Of a stretch of 64,000 nucleotides of DNA, positions 51,045 through 63,361 are shown in pieces. Made by a program: the position numbers and the translations under genes. The stretch is from NCBI RefSeq assembly GCF_963921235.1, contig NC_086109.1, positions 17,238,001-17,302,000 on the forward strand, in the 5' to 3' direction. The notes under the pieces are model-generated. The model did not search any database. It worked only from the letters and a program-made list of their open reading frames with translations, and was not told where the DNA came from. The number at the start of each line of letters is the position of its first letter. Within the stretch, counting starts at the first letter, position 1. Source of the stretch: Mobula hypostoma (taxonomy: Eukaryota).

Positions 51045-51999
51045 TTTTGAATTTAGTAACGTGTTGGGAGGTTGTTTGTATGTGGGTGTGCCAGAGAAAA
51101 GTATTCATGTTTTGGGAATAGCTTGTGGTCAATCTGTTGAGGGAAATAAATTAACGCGCCTTACTATGAACCATAACTCATTTTTGTTGTGCATTCATTT
51201 TAATTATTAATCTGTTTTTACTTGAGTCATGTTCATTAAATAACTGTAATTGCGTCCAGTATGCTGATGAATTATTCAAAAGAGTTGCATGATCAACTTT
51301 TAACCTCTTTGCTCTGGAAGACCATTTGTCTAAGGGTAGAAGTCAACAGACTAGAGAACATTCTGCTTAAAATAATCATCCCCTTAAATTTGTAATTTAA
51401 TGTATTTTTGATTTGTATATTGACTTTTGCTATGCAGGCCATATTAATATTCGCAGTCCAAGGTTTATTGTACTGCTCTGTTTGTTTTTATACTACTGCA
51501 GATGCTGATGATTTTAAATGTTGGATTGTGGTTCCCGTCCATGCACATGATTTCACCTGCGAAGCACTTAGAGCATTTTTGGTTTTTATTTTTAGAACGC
51601 AGAGGTTGAGGACACCATATCTGGATGCTGCCTTTTTTAAAGTGATGAATGACAATAGCTTGGGTTCAGTCATGGAACACAGTTCTACACTGAAGGGTCA
51701 GATACATTTTGCATCCAACTCTCTGGCATTCTGATGGCCAACAAGGCTTGTAATAAGTAAATAATTACTTCCGTTGGGTTTGGGAATTTTGATTAAAAAG
51801 ATTAGTGCAGCTAAGGAGATCTTTTTCTTTATTTTACTTAATCTTTGTGCTTTAATTACCAATAGTTCAGTTTAATTTTTTTTAATTTCAAGGATTTTAA
51901 GAAATTAAATGTACTTAAACTGTTTTAAAATAACTCTGCAGCGACTGCCCAAAGCTGTCTGAACATTCTGGGATGGGACCTCACATCCATCAACTGACT

Positions 52000-53130
52000 C
52001 ATTGAGGCATACTGCACAGAAATCGGCTCTTCACCACATTCTGTCCATGCTGACCTTTTTTGGTCACCTACACCAATTCAAATTGCCTGTATTAGGACTA
52101 TATCATTCTGTGCTTTGCCTGTTTATCTAAATTCCTCCAAGGCGTAGAATAGTATCAGATTCCACATCCTCCTTTGGCATTGTGTTCTGGATATCAGCCT
52201 GTGCCTTTAAAAAAAATCTTGCCCCACAGATCCCCTTTAAAACTTATTCCTCATACCTTCTCACTATACCCTTGTTTTTCGTATCCTGCAGTAGGGGAAA
52301 AATGATTTAGACTGTCTTCCCTGTTTGTGCCTCTCTTACTCTCTTAAATCTTGTATAATTCTGTCAGATCACCCTTTAGTCTGCTTTACTTGAGGGAAAC
52401 TGAGCTCACCCTGTCCAATCTCTCCTCATAAGTTAAGTATCCCAATTTTCTGGTGAATTGCATCTGCACCCTCTCCAGTGCAAGCACACACAGCCAGCGG
52501 AATCAAAAGAGGGATTATTATCCTAAGAGAGAAACTGCAATTGAGCGAATTTCAGAGGGATTTGGGTGTTCTACGACATGAGTCGCAAAATGCAAGTTGC
52601 CAGCTCCCATGAGTAGTTAAGGAGGCAAATTTCAAGCTTTCATTGCAAAAGGACTGGAGTTCAGAAATGTGGAGGTTTAGCTGCAATCGTGAGGTGAGGC
52701 CTCACCTAGGATACTGCGTACAGTTTTGGTCCCCTTACGAAATAAAGTAATATTGGAAGTAGTGCAAAGGAGATTCATCGGGCTAATTCCTGGGGTTAGA
52801 GTATTGTCCTATTGAGAGAATCTAAATAGTTTGGGATTATATTTCTGGAGACTGGGGAATGAGCGGTGTCCCAATTCAAATACGAGATTCTAAGGAGGTG
52901 TGACAAGGTTGATGCCTGTAGAGACTGGTGAACCTCTGGAATTCTCTGCCTTGGGGAGTGCTGGAAGTTATTACCATTTGAAGTACAGCTGGGAAAGTAT
53001 TTGATAAAATTGATGAATTGATGTCTTTTGAGAGGCGGTGGTACAGAAGAGGAGATGAAGCTAGCTTAAAGCAGTTCTGATCATGCTAAATGGTGGAAGG
53101 TAGACAGCCGAAGTCTCTTATTTTCTTGTG
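52000..53130. mobile_element. Two degraded CR1 3' fragments in opposite orientation (minus ~52000-52490, plus ~52500-53130)
   Basis: Plus: gaggcctcacctaggatactgcgtacagttttggtcccct (RPHL.YCVQFWSP). Minus: ctgtccaatctctcctcata...accctctccagtgca. Confidence 0.6.
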
Positions 53131-55498
53131 CTCTGTTAATCAGGCCTATTGGGTTGTTCTCTGAAGTGCACAGGCAATTTCATTTAGTTGTGATTGGAGC
53201 TAGTTTGGAAGCTTTGAAGTAATTCCACAATATTTTATTGTTGTACCTCAAGACCAAATTCAGCTATACATGTAGAAAACATTTCATGTTGGTAATAGAT
53301 TCTTAAATAAAAAATATTGTTTGGTGTACAATCCAAGGTACTAGCTATCATTAGTTCTATCAGTGACAAATCATTTTGGAACCACATGATGATGGTTTTC
53401 TGACTTATTTATTGCAGCACTGCAGATGACTGACAATAAACTGGATGTGGCATTCTGCATTCCGGTTGAATGCTTCTGCCTCACAATTCAAGCTATTTTT
53501 GCACATAATGTTATAGCCTATTTTAAAGTTTACACAGACCATCAGGGAATACAAATTTAACACTCTGAGAATCTTTTCTAAGCAAATTTTTGATTTTTGT
53601 GTCGTTTACTGTATTGATCTTGTTTTTGAATGCATTTTCACCATAATGAAGACATGGGATCCATTTTTAATGAAAAATATCCATCAATCATTACACAATG
53701 TTACTTTGTTCTGTTAAGCATTTTGCTCTTGATGTGTCTTTACATGCTGTGATCCCAATTACACAACCTTTTGTCTAAAAATTATTCTGCCTCAATTGAG
53801 TGCTTGTTTAGTAGCCAACAAGACCATGATCTGAATCTGACTGCAGATATATTTCCCTGTCAAGAAATTACCATTCTGAACTACTGTCTGTCGTCCCTTC
53901 CACATTTTTGTCCTCTTCTCCTTCATGATTAAGGCTTGATGTTTGTGATGTTTTTGTCTTCACTTTTTTCCCTTGTAGTCTTACCTGCTTTTTAATACCT
54001 ATCTGAATCTCCACATGTTATGAAGAGCCTGGATAGTGAGCTGTGAGAGATTCTTCCTTTTGTGACTGCAGACAACCATTATTGACCCTACTAAAACTAA
54101 GTTTAGCTGTAGAGTCTGCTGCTCTGCTTTCAGGAATGGGGTGCTAGAGCAGATTTAGGGTACTTTTGGTCACGCAAAATGCTGTAAATCCTGATTACGT
54201 GCAAGCTGCAACTTGACAGTAAATACACTTTTGTGGGAAATGTACAAGTGAAATTTATCTTGGACTGTTCTTGTTTTTCTAATGGAAAAAAAATATAACT
54301 TTTTTCCCTGATTATTTTTCAGCATGAATCGTGTCTTTCCTCTTCACCCGTATTTGTAACGCTGACTTATTTTATTAGTTATAAAGCATTTCAAGACATG
54401 TTGAGATTCTGAAAGGCACTGTAGGATTTTTTTCGTCATTTTATAACTGCACATGGCAATAGTTGACCAAATGCATCATGCCAAGCATTTTACAGGCATC
54501 CTTGGATGAATGGAAATGAACTTGTACCTTATTTTGTGTATTATCTGATGCATTGTGCTTCTGGCGCCTTGTATGTATATCCTGGGTTTTTTGAACAAAA
54601 TATAATTTGATGTTAGCTGGAATCCAGTGTATTTTGAGTCTTCAGTGTAAGTACACTAGTAATTTGAACATGTTGCTGTTTGGGGAACATTAGATACTAC
54701 ACCCTTAGATGAAGAACCATTGGAACAAAAGATAAGAAAGTAGTCACTGCTTAAATTAACATTTGAATTTGTTATTTATTGATGGTTACAGAAGAAAGCA
54801 ATCTACATTGTTGTGCATTTCATAAGAGGAAACACCTGTTAATCACTGACAAAGCGCAGATGGGCTTAAGCGTTTTTATTCCGTCTCTGTAAATTCTACA
54901 TGCAGTTTTCAACAAGAACACCGCAGATTGACCTAGAAACCCATCATGTTTGCTTACATCTAGTGGACAGTGTCACTGCATGGCCAACTGAAAAAGAATC
55001 CAGTGCTTTCCCAATGTTTATCATGAATAAACTCTTCTTGGGCTTCAAGCAGGGTACAGGTATTGGTTACAACTGATGTTTTGATGACAAACTCTGCCGT
55101 CATATTCTGGGCAGGATGATGCCTGGGCATGTCTAGTCTGATGGTATTTATACCCCTGTTGTCCATCCCTCCTGATTGGTTAGTCTTCAAACAGTTTCTA
55201 CTGTCCCACCTTGTTTACTGTCAAATTGCAGTTCTTAAAGTAAGACCTTCATCTTTGTTAAAATTCTTTTGCTCTAGTTTTTTTTCGTTGCCTTCCTGCA
55301 CTATACGGTCCCAAAAGTCATTGGTGCAACACAGTAGTTTTGTGCTGTCGAAGTCAATCCTATGGCTATTGTGAGTGCAGTTCTGCTACTGCCAATTTCT
55401 CTGGGTAACTCAAATAGATACGCCTCTTATGCTCCTTGATGCGAGTTTCTGGCCGATATAAACTGCTCTGCATTCACAGGGAATCCTGTAAACGCCAG

Positions 55499-55972
55499 TA
55501 CACCCGTACACCTGCTCATTAATACAAATATCTAATCAGCCAATCATGTGGCAACAATGGAATTATTAAAAGCATGCAAACATGGTCAAGAGATTCAGTT
55601 GTTGTTCAGACAGAATATCAAAATGGGGAAGAAATGTGATCCAAATTACTTTGACCATGGAATGATTGTGGTTTGAGTACCTCAGAAATTGTTGATCTCC
55701 TTGGGTTTTAGGGTTTACAGAAAATGGTGTGAGAAATTTTTTTTAAAAATCTAGTCAGTAGCAGTTTAGTGGGTGAAAATGGTTTGTTAACGAGAGAGGC
55801 CAAACTGGTTCAAGCTGACAGGAAAGTAACAGTAACTTAAATAACCACATGTTACAACAGTAGTATGATGATGAGTATTTCTGAATGCACAACATGTTGA
55901 TCCTTGAACCCCACAGCAGAAGAAGACCACACTGGGTTCCACTGCTGTACCTAATAAAGTGACCACTGAGTG
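55499..55972 (+). mobile_element. Tc1/mariner-derived non-autonomous element with right terminus
   Basis: MGKKCDPNYFDHGMIV remnant; terminal gtacctaataaagtgaccactgagtg. Confidence 0.75.
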
Positions 55973-57905
55973 TCTAACTCTTGATACCTGCTGACAAGTG
56001 ATGAGGTTTAAGCAGAAATAAGGTTTCAGAAGAGATTATGTGATTATTTTGAGTTATAGTTCAGTTCTAACTTTAATTTTGTGTGGAGCACAGGATATTA
56101 TCTGAACGAAATATAATGCTATGCAACTGTGTTGGATAAAACTAGTGGGTGATGATTGGTTGATGTTACTTGCAGAGAGATTTGAGAATTAGCTGGCTCT
56201 TGTAATCTACTTTATGAATTGTCTTTTGTCAAGGCCACTCAGCACTTTCTCTACACAGATTTGCATTATGATGAGTCACTTAATTTAGAAGAATATTGTT
56301 TGAATGCCTGATGTAGTTTCATTGCAATTGTTTTTGTAACATTGATATATTGGAGGAATTACAATTAGACTTTCTTCTTGATTAAATACTTCTCATTTCA
56401 TACAATCCAAATATTCATATAACATGAATTATGAAGTAATATGAATTGCATGATCTTAATATAATAAACACTGATCTTCAGTATTGATTTTAATTTCAAT
56501 TTTTCCCTCTCACTTACAACTGCAGAAATTCTCTTTTTCAATAAGTGGGCATTCAATCTTATTTTGTTCAGGCTTTGTCAACATTCTGTTTGACTTTTTG
56601 AAAAAAACATTGCTCAGCTCAAGTCAAAACTTTTCAAAACTGCAATAAAATGCTTTTTTTTTTCTGAGAATAACCTGTTCACTGATGCTCAGTTTGGACG
56701 TTGCCAGTATGATTTCCAGATCGTGTTACAGCCACGCATACAATGTTTAGTGTGTTACTTCATGAGAATGACTGCCTTCATATCAAGGCATTATTTGTTT
56801 GTGTTTGAAAAGATGATTCTGATATGATTATAGCCATCAGCAGCCATCGTGGCATGTCAATATTTGACTCTGCTACCACCGTTCTTACCAAAGCAGAACT
56901 AAATCTTCTTTTAATTCTGTTTACTCCACTCAATATTGGGAAATAAACCCTATCCTCGTTATATGTGAGGGGTACGTTCCTCGAAGTTGATGCATGATGT
57001 GAAATCGCATAATATGAATAATTATTTAAATGGAGAAAATAGGGATGCGTTCCAGAGGGCTTCCTAAATACGTTTTATCTGTAATTTATTCACATTTTCA
57101 TACCAATACGACACAAAAGCAGTACTACAAGACATTTGTATTATATTTAATCAATTTAAGGTAATATTCAATGTAATAAATCATAGAAAGTTAACATCCT
57201 CTAGTGTACAGTACTGTATCACAGTGTCCTGGATACAACAAAAACTAAAAATCTTCATAGCATCCTTGATGTTGTGTAGGCCAACTTGCCCTGCTTCAGC
57301 AGCAGCAGCAACACCTGTGTTTACATGCCAGTGTGGAAAACTGCCAAGTGATGTTGTGTACACAGTGATAGATTTGGATCCCAGGCAACTGCTGGTAAGG
57401 GTACAGCATTCGAGGGCAAAATAACCAGGTGTCCCATTTCTGTATGTTCAGTGTCTGTCAACACTTTGGGCTTTCAGATTCATGGCTGTCTGAGGGCAGG
57501 TGTGGGCGTGGGGGGGTGTTGGGGTGATTTCAGGAGGAGAAGAGTTGAATGGCTATGATAAGTTAAGAATGTCAGCCCTGACATCAGTGAGACTTGATCA
57601 AGTGTGATGTGAAGAACTCAGTAAAAATGAAGACAGTGGTACTGAGAGTGATAGAATCAGAGAACAATACTGCATGGAAACTGGTCCTTTGGCCAACCAA
57701 CTCTTTATGCTCATCCTACATTAGTTCTTTTTTATTCTCCTCACATTGGCTAATTAACTCCCTCTAAATTCTACCACTTGCTGACAAAGCAGGGGTTATG
57801 TAATAGTGAACAACAGGAATTCTGCAGATGCTAGAAATTCAAGCAACACACATCAAAGTTGCTGGTGAACGCAGCAGGCCAAACAGCATCTATAGGAAGA
57901 GGCGC

Positions 57906-57941
57906 AGTCGACGTTTCAGGCCGAGACCCTTCGTCAGGACT
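57906..57941 (-). ncRNA. Minimal hammerhead ribozyme motif in the 3' pseudo-LTR (sense to the Penelope ORF)
   Basis: Reverse complement reads AGTC CTGACGA AGGGTCTCGGCCT GAAA CGTC GACT. Confidence 0.75.
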
Positions 57942-58238
57942 AACTGAAGGAAGAGTGAGTAAGGGATTTGAAAGCTGGAGGGGGAGGGGGAGATGCAAAA
58001 TGATAGGAGAAGACAGGAGGGGGAGGGATAGAGCCGAGAGCTGGACAGGTGATAGGCAAAAGGGGATACGAGAGGATCGTGGGACAGGAGGTCCGGGAAG
58101 AAAGACAGGGGGGCGGGGGGTGACCCAGAGGATGGGCACGAGGTATATTCAGAGGGACAGAGGGAGAAAAAGGAGAGTGAGAGAAAGAATGTGTGCATAA
58201 AAATGAGTAACAGATGGGGTACGAGGGGGAGGTGGGGC

Positions 58239-59430
58239 CTAGCGGAAGTTAGAGAAGTCAATGTTCATGCCATCAGGTTGGAGGCTACCCAGACGGAATA
58301 TAAGGTGTTGTTCCTCCAACCTGAGTGTGGCTTCATCTTTACAGTAGAGGAGGCCGTGGATAGACATGTCAGAATGGGAATGGGATGTGGAATTAAAATG
58401 TGTGGCCACTGGGAGATCCTGCTTTCTCTGGCGGACAGAGCGTAGATGTTCAGCAAAGCGGTCTCCCAGTCTGTGTCGGGTCTCACCAATATATAAAAGG
58501 CCACATCGGGAGCACCGGACGCAGTATATCACCCCAGTCGACTCACAGGTGAAGTGATGCCTCACCTGGAAGGACTGTTTGGGGCCCTGAATGGTGGTAA
58601 GGGAGGAAATGTAAGGGCATGTGTAGCACTTGTTCCGCTTACACGGATAAGTGCCAGGAGGGAGATCAGTGGGGAGGGATGGGGGGGACGAATGGACAAG
58701 GGAGTTGTGTAGGGAGCGATCCCTGCGGAATGCAGAGAGGGGGGGGAGGGAAAGATGTGCTTAGTGGTGGGATCCCGTTGGAGGTGGCGGAAGTTACAGA
58801 GAATAATATGTTGGACCCGGAGGCTGGTGGGGTGGTAGGTGAGGACCAGGGGAACCCTATTCCTAGTGGGGTGGTGGGAGGATGGAGTGAGAGCAGATGT
58901 ACGTGAAATGGGGGAGATGCGTTTAAGAGCAGAGTTGATAGTGGAGGAAGGGAAGCCCCTTTCTTTAAAAAATGAAGACATCTCCCTCGTCCTAGAATGA
59001 AAAACCTCATCCTGAGAGCAGATGCGGCGGAGACGGAGGAATTGCGAGAAGGGGATGGCGTTTTTGCAAGAGACAGGGTGAGAAGAGGAATAGTCCAGAT
59101 AGCTGTGAGAGTCAGTAGGCTTATAGTAGACATCAGTGGATAAGCTGTCTCCAGAGACAGAGACAGAAAGATCTAGAAAGGGGAGGGAGGTGTCGGAAAT
59201 GGACCAGGTAAACTTGAGGGCAGGGTGAAAGTTGGAGGCAAAGTTAATAAAGTCAACGAGTTCTGCATGCGTGCAGGAAGCAGCGCCAATGCAGTCGTCG
59301 ATATAGCGAAGGAAAAGTGGGGGACAGATACCAGAATAGGCACGGAACATAGATTGTTCCACAAACCCAACAAAAAGGCAGGCATAGCTAGGACCCATAC
59401 GGGTGCCCATAGCTACACCTTTAGTTTGGA
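58239..59430 (-). pseudogene. Penelope-like RT (C-terminal part) plus GIY-YIG endonuclease, truncated, one frameshift
   Basis: GVAMGTRMGPSYA, FLRYIDD, LPFLDL, VYYKPTDSHSYLDYSSSHP. Frameshift in the G/C homopolymer near 58740. Then a Cys-rich linker and GVIYCVRCSRCGLLYIGET...RFAEH...LEEQHLI..GMN. Confidence 0.92.
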
Positions 59431-59641
59431 CCCTCTGAATATACCTCGTGCCCATCCTCTGGGTCACCCCCCCCCCGTCTTTCTTCCCGGACCTCCTGTC
59501 CCATGATCCTCTCGTATCCCCTTTTGCCTATCACCTGTCCAGCTCTCGGCTCTATCCCTCCCCCTCCTGTCTTCTCCTATCATTTTGCATCTCCCCCTCC
59601 CCCTCCAGCTTTCAAATCCCTTACTCACTCTTCCTTCAGTT

Positions 59642-59677
59642 AGTCCTGACGAAGGGTCTCGGCCTGAAACGTCGACT
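59642..59677 (+). ncRNA. Minimal hammerhead ribozyme motif in the inverted pseudo-LTR
   Basis: AGTC CTGACGA AGGGTCTCGGCCT GAAA CGTC GACT; predicted cleavage after C59673. Confidence 0.75.
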
Positions 59678-59990
59678 GCGCCTCTTCCTATAGATGCTGT
59701 TTGGCCTGCTGCGTTCACCAGCAACTTTGATGTGTGTTGTTATGTAATAGTGGCTCATTAACCTATCAATCCACATGTTTGGGTTGTGGGCGGTAACTGG
59801 AGCATTCAGGTCGAAACTCACATGTGGTTACAGGGAGAATGTGGGAACTCTACATAGACAGCTCCCAAGTCAGAATTGATGCAGGTGCTCTCTGCATTCT
59901 CTAAGGCACCGGCTCCTGTAACTGCCCATTGTACTGCCCTGAACTGGGAGGTGTCTCCATTGTGGTATTATTGAGTGAGGACTACTCATG

Positions 59991-61234
59991 ATAGAAACAT
60001 AGAAACATAGAAAATAGGTGCAGGAGGCCATTCGGCCCTTCGAGCCTGCACCGCCATTTATTATGATCATGGCTGATCATCCAACTCAGAACCCTGTCCC
60101 AGCCTTCCCTCCATACCCCCTGATCCCCATAACCATAAGGGCCATATTTAACTCCCTCTTAAATATAGCCAATGAACTGGCCTCAACTGTTTCCTGTGGC
60201 AGAGAATTCCACAGATTCACCACTCTCTGTGTGAAGAAGTTTTTCCTAATCTCGGTCCTAAAAGGCTTCCCCTTTATCCTCAAACTGTGACCCCTCGTTC
60301 TGGACTTCCCCAACATCGGGAACAATCTTCCTGCATCTAGCCTGTCCAATCCCTTTAGGATTTTATACGTTTCAATCAGATCCCCCCTCAGTCTTCTAAA
60401 TTCCAATGAGTACAAGCCCAGTTCATCCAGTCTTTCTTCATATGAAAGTCCTGCCATCCCAGGAATCAATCTGGTGAACCTTCTTTGTACTCCCTCTATG
60501 GCAAGGATGTCTTTCCTCAGATTAGGGGACCAAAACTGCACACAATACTCCAGGTGTGGTCTCACCAAGGTCTTGTACAACTGCAGCAGTACCTCCCTGC
60601 TCCTGTACTCGAATCCTCTCGCTATAAATGCCAGCATACCATTCGCCTTTTTCACCGCCTGCTGTACCTGCATGCCCACTTTCAATGACTGGTGTATAAT
60701 GACACCCAGGTCTCGTTGCACCTCCCCTTTTCCTGATCGGCCACCATTCAGATTATAATCTGTTTTCCTATTTTTGCCACCAAAGTGGATAACTTCACAT
60801 TTATCCACATTAAATTGCATCTGCCATGAATTTGCCCACTCACCCAACCTATCCAAGTCACTCTGCATCTTCTTAGCATCCTCCTCACAGCTAACACTGC
60901 CACCCAGCTTCGTGACATCCGCAAACTTGGAGATGCTGCATTTAATTCCCTCATCCAAGTCATTAATATATATTGTAAACAACTGGGGTCCCAGCACTGA
61001 GCCTTGCGGTACCCCACTAGTCACCGCCTGCCATTCTGAAAAGGTCCCGTTTATTCCCACTCTTTGCTTCCTGTCTGCTAACCAATTCTCTATCCACATC
61101 AATACCTTACCCCCAATACCGTGTGCTTTAAGTTTGCACACTAATCTCCTGTGTGGGACCTTGTCAAAAGCCTTTTGAAAATCCAAATATACCACATCCA
61201 CTGGTTCTCCCCTATCCACTCTGCTAGTTACATC
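59991..61234 (-). mobile_element. Young 5'-truncated CR1 LINE with stop-free RT C-terminal frame
   Basis: ORF 60086-~61234 (DFQKAFDKV, PQGSVLGP, FADVTK, HLEYCVQFW); 3' octamer tail ATAGAAAC repeats at 59991-60012. Confidence 0.94.
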
Positions 61235-62522
61235 ATTGGATGCACTCATTGTCTCTGCTGAAAAAATTACTCTAGGTAGATTCTCCAATCCAGCCATCTT
61301 CACTTACCTTCATTAATAACCTTCCTGTCATCATAAGTCAACTGTTGATTAGATGCGTTTCTTTTCTGATTGTATGCAGTCCATGTCTGTGCACTGCAAA
61401 ACCTGGAGAGTATGAAGTTGATGACTGGTGGGTGGCAAATGATGGTCATGCCACTTCAGTATCAGACAACTGGCATCTGCAGTGAAATATGTTCATAATC
61501 TCACTTTCATACTCAGTGGCATTCATCAGCGCTGAATTCTTTGCCAATATCATGGAACTGAGCAGACTAGCCATACGTATACCATGAAAAAGCAAACTGG
61601 TTATTCTGTGATAATTCTGTTTTCTACTGCAAAGCTTTTCCAACATCGGAGGCCTGAGATAGTGTGATAGAATACTCTACTTTTTTTGAGTGCACTTCCA
61701 TCAGCTCTTGTGAAACCCGATGCCATCAGACAAAGAAGTTCACTTAAAGGGCATTCACCAGAAAACATGGTATGTATTCTGCACAGACATTGTGGGGACG
61801 GCAGGAGGGGGGGAAGATTTAAGTAAGTTTGAAGCAATGCCATGGCTTTGAGTCCATTTGCTACTGTGATTGGACCTTTTGGTGAATCTATTGTTTAGGG
61901 TCCCAGTTTGCTTATCCTTATTTCACAGATGTATTATGGTATATGGTTGTTGGTACTGTTCCAACTTTGACATAGTGGAAGCTGTGCCACAGAACCCCCT
62001 TGTGACTTGTACTGTCTGGAAGGGAGAGTTAACAAGCACACAGGAACCCCACTATCCATACATACTCCACTGGGCAACCTCAACCTTGGAGAAGTATTTT
62101 CTATTCATCATTATCAGTAGGTGAAAATCTTGAAATATCTGACCTTGCAACACACATGGATGGCTCATAGCAGCACTGGAGTTGGTGCCCAGCCAAGTTT
62201 TATTTCCTGAAATGACAACTTTTCTTGGTTCTTTGGTCATTGCTATATTAACAATTCTGGGAACCTGCTGAACATGCATTTTATATCACATTTTTCTATA
62301 TAATGATTAATGATTGCATTAAGAAAACACTTAATTAGCTGTGGAATATTAAATGGTGCAATACAAATACTTGTTTGTCTTTTAATAAAAAAATCAATCT
62401 TGTACAACAGAAGTTTGCACATGACTGGAAGAATGCAATTCCACATTAATATGCTGGGCATTATTTTTATGGTGTAGTGGAGATATTTTGTAAGGGTTAT
62501 TGCAGGACATTTTAATCTATAC

Positions 62523-63361
62523 TGTTACGTACCCCGTAACTGGGTTGCCAAACCGGCAGAAATGGACCACTTAGTTGGAGTATGGATTACTGGAACTAAG
62601 AAAGTTTTATTAAAGAGATAAGTAACACAGTTCTCTAATAGTAAGGATATAAATGCAACAGGTTAGCACGGATGAAACACACATGTACACAGAACTAGGA
62701 TAATAGGATCAATCAAGCTCTATCACAATCTGGGGGTAAAATGATCAGTCTCAAGTGACACAGCGTTCAGTTCAGTTTAGTTCAGTTCGCAGTAATCGCT
62801 GTTGTGCTGTGGGGGAGAGAGAGAGCGAGCGAATGATGATATTCAAATCGGATTCAAACAGACCTTTGATATTCCTTGCAGTTAGCTTTCGGGCGAGCCC
62901 TTTGTAATGTCTTCTGAGGTCACCAACTGTGACCCCTCCGTTCCGGATACGATCGTTCTTCTGCGGTGAACCCGGCACCCAGGCAAGGGCGGACACACAC
63001 ACCAGGTTCCCACTGATCGTACCTTTCCACCCTGTGCGTCTATGGTCGGTCCCGCGACCAGACCTCCAAAATTTCCACCAACTTGTGGGGGGGGGGCACA
63101 ACGCACTTCCAAGGTCTCGTTATCTCGTGGTGTCGTGGTGTGTCTCTTGCCTTAGCGAACCTGTTCCTTTTATCCCCCTGCTGGGGTATCGCCTGTCCAT
63201 CAAACTTCAAACAGTTCAGGGTCAAAGCAACCGGTCTGACAATACTCGGAACTGTGTCTCTTTTCATTAATCTCTCTCGTCTCTCATATTAGCATTTTGA
63301 ATGTTTCCCCATTGTCTCTCTTATCGGCATCAATCTTCTGATAACTTGGTCTTTTGTCACA
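62523..63361 (-). mobile_element. Solo LTR (Gypsy- or ERV-type)
   Basis: TG...CA termini (TGTTAC ... GTCACA), 4-bp TSD ATAC (62519-62522, 63362-63365), CpG-rich interior; AATAAA on the minus strand near 62606. Confidence 0.85.

Larger units (their letters stand above)
57809..59738 (-). mobile_element. Penelope-like retroelement (Neptune-like), 5'-truncated with an inverted pseudo-LTR
   Basis: RT plus GIY-YIG on the minus strand; inverted repeat 57844-58156 vs 59431-59739; 14-bp TSD GTTATGTAATAGTG (57795-57808, 59739-59752); inserted into a decayed SINE. Confidence 0.95.

Noticed and set aside
56940..57500. Possible further Tigger-like remnant (cctcgttatatgtgaggggtacgttcc)
   Set aside because: Only one end-like sequence; no matching TIR or TSD found.
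59431..59467. N-terminus (MTQRMGTRYIQRV) of the 301-aa Penelope ORF
   Set aside because: It derives from the inverted pseudo-LTR joined by chance in frame, not a real start.
61235..61303. N-terminal extension of the 405-aa CR1 ORF
   Set aside because: Flanking non-element sequence beyond the 5' truncation point.
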